Shown one piece after another: positions 47,896 to 60,700 of a stretch of DNA of 64,000 nt. The notes beneath the pieces are model-generated. The model was not told the origin of the DNA and ran no database searches. It worked only from the letters and a program-made list of their open reading frames with translations. The DNA lies in contig NC_092670.1 of assembly GCF_964355755.1 (NCBI RefSeq), forward strand, positions 4,020,201 to 4,084,200, read 5' to 3'. This DNA comes from Antedon mediterranea (taxonomy: Eukaryota; Animalia; Echinodermata). Numbering within the stretch: position 1 is the stretch's first letter; the number at the start of each line of letters is the position of its first letter. The translations under genes were made by a program, and so were the position numbers.

Positions 47896-48349
47896 TGTAC
47901 ATGGGCAAAGGTAGTTGTCACTCTTATGATGCTGTCTTGTAAAACAGACATTTATAGGTAGCTTATCCTATATCCTCGTGATTACTTTTGGAACAGTCAG
48001 GTCATTGAAGTTATTTGGGATCTTATGTTTGTCTAAAATTGTCTTATTTCCAACCTCATTCTGTTAAAGTGTAAAAGATTACATTGACCAACCTTTTATG
48101 CATAAGCAATATTATTCCATTTTTAAATTTAAAAAAAAAGGATTGTAGACAATTTTAAATTAATTCAAACAACACTAAAATGTAACATTTATTGTTCCTC
48201 TTTTTCTACAATACAAATTGCTGTTATAAGCTCTTTTGTTTTTGTAAAATTAATTTTTGCTGGTAAAGGTACGTCACATTTAAATAATAATAAAATTTAA
48301 AAACAGATTATACTCCCACTTTTCAAAAAACTTAATTTTCTCTTTTCCA

Positions 48350-51300
48350 ACCCCCAAAAGAAATTTCCATGAATTATCTGCGCTAACTTCTCTGCAGATG
48401 GTGGGGCTTTCATATTGGAGGCCTCAGCTCATCATCTAACATTACAATATTGCCATTCTCTTTATCAGTGTAATATCTTCTCTAAACAAGAGATATTTCT
48501 TAGCACTTAGAGGTGCCCTGCATTTTGCGATATATAAGTTGAGCATTATTATTATTGTTATTCTAATACAACTCAACATCAATGTTATACAGAACTGTAA
48601 TCAACGATTAGAGTATGTATATACCTACTACACATTTGTATTTAAATGGGATGTATTTGTTTCATTCTTAAAAATCCTGCTCACAACGTTATGCTGGTGG
48701 TATCAGGTGCTGGCTGGTTATCCATGATGTTGTGTAGTCTGTTTTTCCTGTAGTTAGATAACTTCAGGCGTACATTTATAGGTATTAATATTTTAACAGT
48801 AGAAATTTACAGGTGTTTTTCATTGTGCTGGATCCATAGGCTCACAGCTTTTTACTTTCACGGACACAAAATCAAACAGCTTAGAATTGCTCCATTAGGT
48901 ATAACCGTTTATTCAATGATATAGATGTGTGTGGAGTGTTTTTCTGTGACTGTTGTTTTGTTGCTGTTTTTGTACAGTGTGCATAGCTGGTACATGTTTT
49001 GGGCTGTTACACTCCCTGTATTTGACTTCTGCTTTACAATCTCTGGCGAGGTGGTCAGATGATGCGATGCATCGAAAACACAATCTGTTGTCTTTTATTA
49101 CCTTTTTCTTTTCCAGATAGGGTTTGTTTAGAAAGATTCTACATCTTTCAAGAGGATGTGATGAACCAGAATGAAGTGGGCACATTGTAAACTTTTTGCT
49201 GTTTTTGTCTTGGTCTTTAACACTTGTCTTTGTAACTCTCACTGTTTGATTTTGTGAAAGTTAGACAGTTTAGTGAGCAGCTTGACCAGTTTAACTGGGT
49301 ATTCTTGCACAATGTTACCAAAGAGATTGTTCTGTGAAATTAGTTGTCGGGGGTTGGCATTGTTGCAAATTTCTTGGCCATACAGTATTCTAGTACTTAG
49401 ATCTATTTGTACGTCTAGGTTAACATTGACCAGCAATTCATCAAGATATAAGCGTATGGGCTCTGGCCGTGTAGTCTTGAATCTTCTATCCATACATGGC
49501 AGAAACTGCTTACTTGCAATATCGATTGCTCATTTCAAAATGTAAGAATCAAATACTTTCGTTGGGTCGTATAGAGATGATATGCTTTCCTTTTCTATGC
49601 CTTCACCATTTACTTTGTATTTACATCGTTTGAATGTTCTTAAGAAAGCGTGATAGTGATTCTTTCTCAATATTTCCATCCTCATCTTGATCACAGCACA
49701 TACAAAGATCTGTTCAAGAAAGACCAGCATTTTTGTGGGTGTCACGAAACCTCAGACCACGAAAGCTCAGACCCCCTAAGACCTAAGATCACGAAAGCTA
49801 AGACCCAACACCTAAGATTACAAATACTAAGATATACTACAGCTTAAAAACAATACTTGTTTATCCATACATAATTTTAAACACAGTAGGTTTCATTTAT
49901 TACCATAAATATAATTTAATACTACCGCAAAACATAGATAAACTCACATTATTTTCGCCCGTTGAGTAAATGTATATTTTTTCTTTACAACAAACAAACT
50001 TGACGGGTTGTTTGTTGGTATATATTTACTCCATTGTGTTGGTTCAGAGGATGTTTTTCTTACGCACCTGCCTTTCTTGTATTTTGACTCCAAATTTGTT
50101 GACTAACTTTATCCTGAACACCACACTTTAAAATTAGGACTTATAAGTACTTTCAGAAGGAGAAACACATAATAACAAATAAATAAATCCTTTAAATTGA
50201 TGATTTTACAGATGTGTTTCTTTGTACTGTATACTGTAATGACAATGTAACACTCTCCTCGAGCTCCCCATGCTCAATGTTTTTGTTTCTATGGAGCGCC
50301 AAAAGAGCAACAATAATAGTACAAGTATAAAAACAGAAAGAAAACGAAACAAAAAAACTTATCATGATTTTTAAATTAAAATTTATTTGCCAGTATTTAT
50401 TTCTTCGTACTTGCATGATTATACTATTATCATTACAATTTTAATTTTACATTGTTCCATCCACACTGTAGATGGACTCCACAGAGTTTTCAGCCCTCTA
50501 TATAATTTTTGCTCTTTTGACGTTCCATAGAAACAAAAACATTGAACATGGCCCATGGGGTAGGCCTACTGTACTGTAGGCTAGTCATTTTGTGTGCGAG
50601 AAAAACGTCTGTAAAATCATCAATTTAAAAATGTATTTGTTACTTTTTATGTGATTCTTTTTCATGAAAGTGCCAATTCTAAGGTGTGGTATTCAGAATA
50701 AATGTTGGGAGTTAAAATACATGGCAGGTGCGAAAGATAAATATTTGTAATCTTAGGTGTTGGGTCTTAGCTTTCGTGATCTTAGGTCTTAGGGGGTCTG
50801 AGCTTTCGTGGTCTGAGCTTTCGTGACACCCGCATTTTTGTAGCTGCATCTCTTAGTGGAGCACCGCCTCTTTGTGCAAGCACATTTTACCAGATGAAGT
50901 ATGGCTTCTGGAACTGGTTTGTCTGTGTTTGTAACATGTTCCAGTCATATTCTCCTGTGGATGTTGCTGTGTCAGCTCTACATTAGCCACCATGTCATTA
51001 ATCCATACCATCATTTGGTAATGGCTTCTCATAATAGCATGGTGCAATGCGTTTTGTGTTGGTGGCAGACTTTCATAACTAGCTGTAATCGCTTTCTGGG
51101 GCTAGGCCTCCTCCTAGATCAGCATGAGGCTCCTCACTACTCGCGCTCGTTTCGGTTCCATGCGACGTAGTTGCCAATAGGGCTGACGCTGACCTCAGCT
51201 TGGGTTTTGTACCCTGCTTAGCCGGCTTAATTTCGGGTTTATTGGCCATTTTTAATTGAATTTAAAAGCGAGCTTGATGAAAATTGTTAATAAAGCATTA

Positions 51301-51360
51301 ACTTACTAAGTAATATTAAACAGATGGTGGTAAAGTTATGGCATAAAATGCAGACTTTTC
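48350..51360 (-). mobile_element. Degenerate BEL/Pao LTR retrotransposon (gag-pol relic)
   Basis: Gag Cys/His knuckles CPLH..HPLERCRIF..KDNRLCFRCIASSDHLARDC..C.ECNSPKHVPAMH (48913-49242), typical of BEL/Pao; broken flanking frames; a possible LTR extends to ~52620 (weak). Confidence 0.75.
49737..50831. mobile_element. Mutator-like (MULE/foldback) non-autonomous element with 10-bp TSD, nested in the BEL relic
   Basis: ~90-bp TIR GGGTGTCACGAAA..CTAAGATTACAAATA built from sub-repeats; TSD GCATTTTTGT at 49727-49736 and 50832-50841; inner inverted arms ~50105-50310/50505-50703; the inner arm recurs at ~42150-42400. Confidence 0.85.
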
Positions 51361-51784
51361 ATAGCCCAACAAGTAACACGTCACTACTATTCAGCCATTA
51401 CACTCATATTTGGCATATAAAGTTGGCAGATAAACCTTTCGATGTTGTTTCGCTTGGCTGATTGTTGATTTCCATGTTTAGCAATACACTTCATCTGATC
51501 CATTCTGGAATGTCTTCCAGAATGCCTTTCCTTTTCCAGCAAAACTCTCGGTGTTATCCGCTTCTCTGAGAGCGAGTAATGCTGGAAGAGCTGCTGTGTT
51601 TTTTGGACCAAGAGATTCCATGTACAGTACTAACCAGTATAACCACATAAATGTAATGAAGGCTATAATCATTGTATAGCGCCGCTGTAATGTTCTTCTT
51701 AAGCAAACAACAAAATAACATACACGAAGACAAGGTTTATAAGATCAGGACACCCTCTTTGCTATAATTAACCAATAATATATA

Positions 51785-52569
51785 TCGCTGTGGCTAAAGA
51801 TACGGTACCGTATTCTAACTTCTGTTTACTAAAGGTACGGTAAATTGCATTACGTCATAATCAGCCAATATGGTGCTGGTACATGTGTGACGTCATCGTA
51901 TAAGGACTTTTGATTTTTTTTCATATCGCGTCTGTTGTATCCTTTGGTTGGAATTGTATGTAGACAATTCCTGTCGGCGGCGCCAGGCTGCATGGATGTG
52001 TGTGCGCTGATCGGAGGGTTTTATTTTTATTCCAAATGGCCTTTAGGCCTATATTTTTTATTAAACTTTGTTTACAATGGTGACCATAAACAACAAGCAA
52101 ATGCGGACAATAAAGGGGCCCTCAAATACTATGATTTTTAGACAGTAGCCCCAGGTCTGAGTCACAGAAATCAGCGCACACATGCAGCTGGCCCCCAGCC
52201 TGGCATCGCTTTCCCTCTACACAAACAAACTCATATAATGAGGTACGTAGTAAGTAGGCCTAGGCCTCTTTTGAAACGGTTTTCTGTATTCTAGAATTAA
52301 AATCAACATGTTTTGGCTTTTCAATAATAATAACAGACGTAGGCTACATTTAGTTTTTGTCACACACGACGGCGATAATAGCGATAAATGAAACATAAAG
52401 AAAATGCGGTTGATCACTGTTTTCGCGATATGAAAAAAATCCAAAGTCCTTATACGATGACATCACACACGTACCAGCACCCCATTGGCTGGTTATGACG
52501 TAATGCAATTTTACCGTACCTTTAGTAAACAGAAGTTAGAATACGGTACCGTATCTTTAGCCACGGCGA
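51785..52569. mobile_element. MITE with ~145-bp TIRs in (TA)n
   Basis: TCGCTGTGGCTAAAGATACGGTACCGTATTCTAAC..CATATCGCG is inverted at ~52424-52569; flanked by TATA runs. Confidence 0.88.
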
Positions 52570-52995
52570 ATATATATATAACTTGCTCTTTCCTTCTTCG
52601 TGGTTTCCATGGAAGAGACAGTACCGTAATCATTTATTCTGTAACATAAGCCTTTTCTGATTGGTTCAAAGTTTCTCACTTAAATGGCTATGCATTAGCA
52701 AACATTAATATTCATGAGCTTCTTGGCATTTCCTTTCTGTTATATGATTGCTAAACATGCACTGGCATTGGCTTGGCTTAAGGCTTAACTTGGCTAGGCC
52801 ATGGTCCTGGAGGTATAACGCCTGGCTAGAATGAGCATCCTACCTTTGCTCAAATAATATGAATATCTTCTAACTAACCTTTTGTAAACATTCCCTGTTA
52901 TTTCAACATTTGTTATATTGGACAATTATCACAAAAATTGAATAATATCATTGTGTTTTGTCTGGTTGTCCCCTGGTTGTACAATGTTTATTCCA

Positions 52996-53146
52996 TGGAG
53001 GTCTCCCTGATTTTCTCTGGCGATGTATTTTATGAGCTGGTTTAAATTGGATAGAAAACAAACTCCCCTAGCTACTGTATGGAGGTCTCCCTGATTTTCT
53101 CTCGCGATGTATTTTTATATGGAAAACAAACTCCCTAGCTACTGTA
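52996..53146. repeat. Local tandem duplication (~83/68 bp)
   Basis: ATGGAGGTCTCCCTGATTTTCTCT..GAAAACAAACTCCCTAGCTACTGTA occurs twice. Confidence 0.8.
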
Positions 53147-56100
53147 ATTTTTGCTATTTAAAAATTGGGCCAGAACCAATTTTTCTGTAAAAATTTGATG
53201 ATTTCATGAAGTAGTAAATTGTATTAGTTTAAATGTATGTGTATTGTTTCTGGGGTCTTTCTTGAGACAAGAAACTTGATTTCTTCTAGATAAGACCCCA
53301 AATGATGGTTTATTACCTTGTTTCATTTAAATAATGTACACACCTATATATTTACTGTAAAATAATATGCCATTATTGAACAAATAAATGTTTTTTTGAA
53401 CTTGAAATAAAAATAAAATATTGGTTAACATTGTATAAGAATAGCTATTCATTTATATGTTTTATTGTAAAGTTATTTAATGCAAGTCATTTAAATGCCG
53501 TTTTCCCATTCTGTGTAGGCCTAATGGGATTTACTGTAGGCCCTACTCTCTGTTTCTTTGGTGACAATTCGGAATGTTATTCATTCATTAATTTATTTTA
53601 TTTCAGATAGTATATCAATAAAACTATGACATATAGACCTGACATAATACAAAAAAAAAATCAACCAGTAAATTATCCAGATTCACAACTTAAAAAGTTT
53701 GATAGTATATTAACTATCATCCTAATTCTGTTAAAAACTGTCAGTGGAGTTCTTCCTAATTTTAAGAAGAAATTAATAAATTAAGCACATATTATTTACA
53801 ACACAACAATCATTTTATACTATTCAAGTAATAAAAATCATAAAACTTACGTTTTTACTCTAGCTTTCGCTAGTCAAATTTGATCCAGTTGAACCTTTTT
53901 ATTAACATGTTATACTATGTTATATTACAGTATGTAGAAATAATAGAATTTGTATTATTTAATAAAACTATTTCGTTAACGAATAATAAACCGATATTGT
54001 AGTATTGTGTTTATATTTACTATTTCTGCAGTTATGTAAATATTGAGTTTGAACCAGCCATAATGCATGTCATGTAGCTGCCGGTTATATCCCAACATCT
54101 GTTGTTTTATTTAAACTTAAGCTTACCCGCTTCATAGGCCTATGACATTCATATGTCAACATTACAATTTTGTTGTGATTTAAGCCTATATAATATTAGT
54201 TATATTCTGATTATTTGATAATATAATTTTGAAATATGTTTTCTATTTTTGTAACCTTATTGTTTTATCTTGTGTGAGTTCCTCCCACTTTTATTCCATA
54301 TTATACATGTTCGTCATCTCTTTACATATATTTTTTCTCTAAATACAATTTCATTTCAATACACTGTACTTTTATTCTATACAGTAATATATCTTTTTAC
54401 ATACAATTGTTGTTAAAGTTGTATTCATTTTCGTTACATATTATCACATTTTCCATTGTTTTCATTTTTTACCTACATATATTATACTAGAGAGTAGGCC
54501 TACGAATTTCCTTTTGGACCAATAAATTTCTGTATTCTGTATTCATTCCTCTTTTTATAAATATTATCTCTTAATCGTCATCAGCGAAACTTGTAAATGC
54601 GCAACTACACCCCCAAGCAACCCCCTTCTCCTGGGGCTGACCTAATGCCCCATGGAAATGGCACTTTACATGATTTGTTGAAATATGAAACAAAATACAG
54701 TATAAAAAACTCTTAGCATGATTGGGACTAAGCTAGAATAGGAACATTTTGAAAAATATAGCTGATAGGTCCCTGGAAATTGCCGGTTTGGAGTTTAGTA
54801 ACCGGGAGCCCTTTGAACCAAGGCCCTGTTACGCAGATGATGACTATACATTTGTATCTTTCGTAATTTTATATAAAATCTAGTAACTTAGAGATTTAGA
54901 TTTAGAGGTTACGAACTTTCTCAGTTATCATTGGCAATTAACTCCAGCTGCAGTTTGAATTTTTAATTTATGCATTTTCTTTTTATGATTGTTATTCAGG
55001 GGATAAATGGCTAACGTTTATATTTGCTACATGTCAATAATGGATTTAGCTCCAAGGTAAAATAGTTAGGCTGACCCTGAACTTGGATTTAAGGCATCAC
55101 CCTCGTAACGTATGAACCGTGAACTGTAAACTACAGCAGAAAAGAGAAGCTTAAGACAATCAAACTCATCCCAGATCAAATATTCATCAGACTAGTGTTT
55201 CAGTGATTTTAGTTTGAGTTCGGATGAGCGCACCTGTACGTACTGTACCAAACGCTTTAAAAAGACAATAGTCGCACGAGTAACAGCTCGGGGTAAAACA
55301 ATCACAGCGTGTTCTCCATTTGGTGCAATGTTACTATTGACAATACGCTGATTTTTAGTTTGTTGCCAACAGGTATGGATTGATAAATCTCCAAACTCGA
55401 TGCAAAAACAAAGCGAGGTCATATTTCAAACAGTGTTAGCTAACAAATGCAACTTTAATCTACCAAGCTAGGTTTAGATTCCGTGCCACACGTGCGCGAC
55501 TTATGCCAGTGCTTTTCTACGGCTCTATTTTTTGCAAACCACCGACCAAACGCACTTGTCTAGTTTCTACATACTTTTTAATGAGTGCATTCAGTGCACG
55601 TGACGTGTACCTGCAGCTATAACGCTCGCACCTGATTTTTGTAATTTTGTTGTGACTATACTATTACGAATTAGCATACGATTCTTGGTCACAAACAAAA
55701 GTTAGGCCTATACTATGTGTGACATGCAACATGGTGGTTTGAAGCAGAATATATAGAAATCCAGATTTTAATTCATCATTAACGAAAACGCAAAATGCAC
55801 GTACGTTAAAATGGTGTATAGTGCCGAATTTGTGTCATGTTTCAGATAGTTTGAATGTACAGAATAACAATATATAAACATACGTAGCATAATTGAAATT
55901 AAGGGACACATAGTATAGTGGATATGAAGTTTAGTCTACAATTTCAGAAAATATTTTTTGAAAAAAAATATATTTACATTTATTACAATATAGGCCTAAT
56001 ATTAAGATGACCAAGCTGCAAATTGTCTATTTAAAGATGCATTGTCCCTCTTTTTCAATTTTTTTTAGAAATATGGCATAAGTTAATATCACAATAGTTC

Positions 56101-57580
56101 ACTTTGATCAAAAATTAGTTAGAATTATTTACCTGAAAAAACAGTAATTTAAGGCAAAAATAGTCAACTATGTTTTCTTTTTTTGTCTACGGAAGTGATT
56201 ACCTTTATTACAAAATTACCTATTCAAAGTCTGTTTTATTTATCTTCTTTTTTGTACGGAAGTAATTACCTTTATTAAACTACAAAACCAAAGTCTGATT
56301 TAAATGCCGGTCTCCTTTTATATATGCTCATTGTTATTATCGATGTACAAATGTGATTGTGGATTTAATTGAGCAAACTTGACGACATAAAGTGCGCCCT
56401 CTTTTATTAATAAAAGTTGATTGTGCATACTGTATAATCAAAATACAATCAGAAGAATAAGCATCCTCAGTTTTCCCTAAAGTTCGCATAGCGCCACGTT
56501 TCAGCATGTTTTTCCGTCGACCTAACGTTACGGCGAGTTGCGTTGAATTGACCGGATTCAACGATTTTATTTTTTTTTTATTTAAAATAATTACGTGACA
56601 TTTTGAATATTATAACGAGGATATATGAATAGTAATTTAATTTTTTTTTTTTATAAAATTTGTTGAAAATAAAAACTATTATTTATCATCTCGTAACACA
56701 CAGACTCATCATCATTCCGAGGTAAGATTTGAATGCTTACGACTTCCAACCGCTATTATAATAATGTTTACAATTCATATAGATAGTTTTTGTGTTAATG
56801 TGTGTTATCTATCTTTATATTCAGGGATTCAGGTTCACTTTTTCCGTAACGTAATAAGTAACAAACATAGGCCCTATTATATGTTAGGAATGTGAAACTG
56901 AGGTTCACCATTTTTGAAAAACAAAACATTCAACAACAACATCAGTTAGCTCTGTCACATTTAATGTCACCTGCTTGATTCCAACCACAGTGATTTTAAA
57001 CGGTGCTCAACAATGCGGCTAAAGTGGGTAATTAACGGATTTAACGTACTTCATGTCTAGTTGACGACTTACACGCGTGGACAAGACAAAAGCTTAGAGG
57101 ATTAACGCTAACTCGTTGGTTTTGTTCTTATTTGTTTTTAAACAAAAATCTCGACCACTTTGTTATTGTGTATAACCGGTAGTCATTCATATTAAAAGAA
57201 AATTTACCGCGCGTGTGAAGAAGATCTCCCTATTCATAATACTGACATCTGCCCTCTTGGACAATCGGACTAAAACCGACAAAATGATTAACCTTTCTAT
57301 ACAGTAGTTTCACAATTCATAGTTACCATTAATTGATGTAATTACTTAAACTTTAGACAAACAAGACTCGCGACTAACGATACCTTTAAGTATATTATTG
57401 ACATTATAAGACTCATTCAAACGCTTATAATATATTCAATGCTAATGAGTATTAATCTGTTTTAAGCTATCTATTTTGTACCACAGGTACAGATTCCTCT
57501 CCTTTGTACATTTAATAATAGTCATTTTGGGAAGCATTCCTGTTCATTGTTTTATGTTGCTAGAGTAAGTCGCAGCCTAC

Positions 57581-57787
57581 CTTCTTCTTTTCACATCTAT
57601 TTTTTATTCCAAAATCTATTTTAAGTAATGCCTCTCTTTCCTTAAAAGATGGCCAAACTACTGAGCCTCTAACTTCATCTTCAGTGAATATACTAATGCT
57701 CTGCTTTACTATGGCAACTCCTCTGAAACTTCCTTTTCTCAGTTTCGCAATCTTCTGTGATGGTACTAGAATAATGTAATCTTCTAT
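57581..57787 (-). other. Orphan exon-like open frame, BEN-domain-like
   Basis: ttttag|69 open codons IEDYIILVPSQKIAKLRKGSFRGVAIVKQSISIFTEDEVRGSVVWPSFKEREALLKIDFGIKNRCEKKK|gtaggc; the FTEDEVRGS.V..REAL pattern recalls BEN domains. Confidence 0.35.
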
Positions 57788-60700
57788 CTAAAATCAACTG
57801 ATTCATGTGAAAAAAAGCTGATCCAAATATTGTAAATGATAAAACCAAACTTTATTATTAACAAGCGGCTTAAAACCTAAAAACAAACCTGGGATAAATT
57901 TCAAGCCCGAGGTGTTTGCACTGGTCAAACCATTTGTAACAATTGTTACATTGCATCTTGTGGCCCTACTAAACAAAACACAATTGATTATAAATTAAGA
58001 TAGGTATTATACCAAAAGCAATGTACCGTAGACGTATTTTCATAATTAATAAGCAAGGTTTAGATTTGAAAGTAATTTACTTGGGCCTACTGTAAATAAA
58101 TAAAATGCGTCTTCAACAGTGTTTTATTACATATTTTGGGTTTATCTTTTTCTTCAATTTCTAGCTCCAGATCTCTTAAAGGTATACTTATTATTTTTAA
58201 TGATAATTATTGACCCAATGATAACTTAAACATATATCTTTTTATTTTATTTTTATATATAAAAATAGTTTTTATACAAAAAAAAGATCCAATCCCACCC
58301 ATAGGCCTACACTATATTTGTTTATGTTTACAAAATGTCAGATTCTATTTCGCAAGACGTACATCTATACTATTTTTTCAAATATTGCAACAAATTAGGC
58401 CCGACGAATGTTTTTAGATAAATGCAGCAATTCATCAGAATGTGTTCGTTGATAGCATGGAGGTATCCATGTTGATAGTGATCACTTGATGGTGAGGTAG
58501 TCCAATACAGCAACGTCGATGGCGGACGTCCGACACGTGGAGGCGTGCGTTGTCCACTTGTCAAATATATTATGCCTTTAGTCCGTCGTTAGTGTGCAAC
58601 TATCATTTTGATGTAAAAACTGTTTATATAAATCGATTATAAGGAAGTTAAGGGAAATATTATAGTTTAAAAGATTTGAAAAAATGTACCGTCTTTTAAT
58701 TTAACATGTTACTTTTTATCATTTTCATCTTCTCTACCATTGTGTTATTAATTTAATTGTCTATTAATCTTATACTGTAATTGGACAAAAATCAATGTAT
58801 AGGCATATTTTTACAATATCATACATTTTTTTAAACAAATTCCCTTAAACTTAATCTAAGTCGTAAAAAAGAAAATATATTAAATATTTAATGTTTTTTA
58901 GAATGTTTTGAATTTGAGTAGGCCTATTATTATTTATTAATAACACAATTATGTAATTTATTAAAATAACACAAAACAATAATACGTGTTTTTGTATAGA
59001 TGGTATTGAGAAAAACTTAAACATCTTCGTGTGGATGAGATACATTATACTATATAGGTCTTTTTAAAAGCGATTACTGTATTTAATTAATTGAGAAGGT
59101 ATTTTAATAACTAGCGGCGTTATGGATTGAATTTAAATTCAATCGTGTCATTATCGACCAATGTTGTATGAGAGACTAACGCTGTCGCATGTACAATGCT
59201 TATAATTGGCTGTAACGTATTTAGAATTAACTTAGAGATTCACAGGTGAGATATCATTAGTAAATACATGACTGCTAGCATACACGTGTGTGGTGTAATC
59301 AAAGTAGATAGGAACACATCGCGCAGTTCGGTTCTCATCGAAGAGTGCTTTTCTTTACCTCGTTAGGAATTGGCCGCAGGCTGCAGATATTCATCACTGC
59401 TCGGTGCTCTGACTGTGGGAAAACTGAATGTACAGCTGTGTTAGACACAAAGCCATCAAGAATCTGTCCACTAATCGCTTTGTGTTGCGTTACAGACATT
59501 GGTTTCTAAAAGAACTAGCCACGCGTGTTAGCTTCGTTCCCATGGAGAATCAACCAAGTATAAGGCCTTCGTTGCTTTACTCTGGGGTTATATACCCTAA
59601 TCGAAAAGATGATATTGTATTGTAAACATATTTACGACTTTTTCCGCAACACGTGCATCGAATAAGTGGTGAATATGAGGTTTATTCTGTGGTGTATAAT
59701 TTTTATTTTTAATCTTATTTTTTTTAATAGGTCTATTAATCATAATACTGTTCGAAAGTATGCGTTGTTAGCACTAGCAGTTTCATTGGCAGCTCGCTTT
59801 TACAATAAAGCCTTAATAACCAATCGATTATTAATAAAAAAAATTATCACATTACGTACAAATAATACAAATTAATTAATACAACATTTATGTGTGCACA
59901 CAACCCTCTTCGACAATCTCGTAGGAAACATCGAAGTTACCGTAAATTATCAAAATATGAATTTTGTCGTGAAATTATCGAAATACATCGCAATGTGAAT
60001 AAAATTCAGTCAGTAAATAAAAATCAATAATGAAAATGAATCGTGTAATCTAACATGTTTACCAGTCAAAGTAATTCGGAACTGAAATTGTGCAGAAAGA
60101 ACAATGGTCGTCATCGGCGCGAACTTCATTAAGAATTATATACTGCTGGCGGACTTTAAAGATTGTCCCCAAAAACATAAAAATGAAGATTAATAATAAA
60201 AAAGAGACTTTGAATAGGATATTTTGCAGTTTTGATAAAGTTAATCACTTCCGTAGAAAACAAAGATGTTTTCACTTAGGCCTATAAGAAGACAAAATCC
60301 CCTTTTTTCAGGTAAATAATTTTTTTTTCGATCCAATTTTTGATTACTATCTGACATAAAAATGACAAAGGCATATTCAACAAAAAAAGTAAAAAAACTT
60401 TTTTTTTTCAAGGGCAAAATATATCTGTAACAGCGTAAAGCTTGGTTTCCACTAGGACGAACGTAAAGACGACAAGCGACCGTTCGATGGCTACTGATTG
60501 CGTTTACGTTTGCTGGTGTAGTGAGAACCAATCTTTAATTGGCGAATGAGAAATAATAAATACGCAGTCGCATGTTTATAGTGTAAAACAGACGATTGTA
60601 TGAACATTTTTAACTTTGAATGACACGAGTTGTGGAGGACAAAATAAAAATAATTCAAGACAAAATGTTTTTTTTTTCATCCATGATACATTGCACTGTC

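Noticed and set aside
55196-55240. CFSDFSLSSDERTCT, resembling the end of a cEGF module
   Set aside because: Preceded by an in-frame stop, lacks the other cysteines and an acceptor; too short to distinguish from chance.
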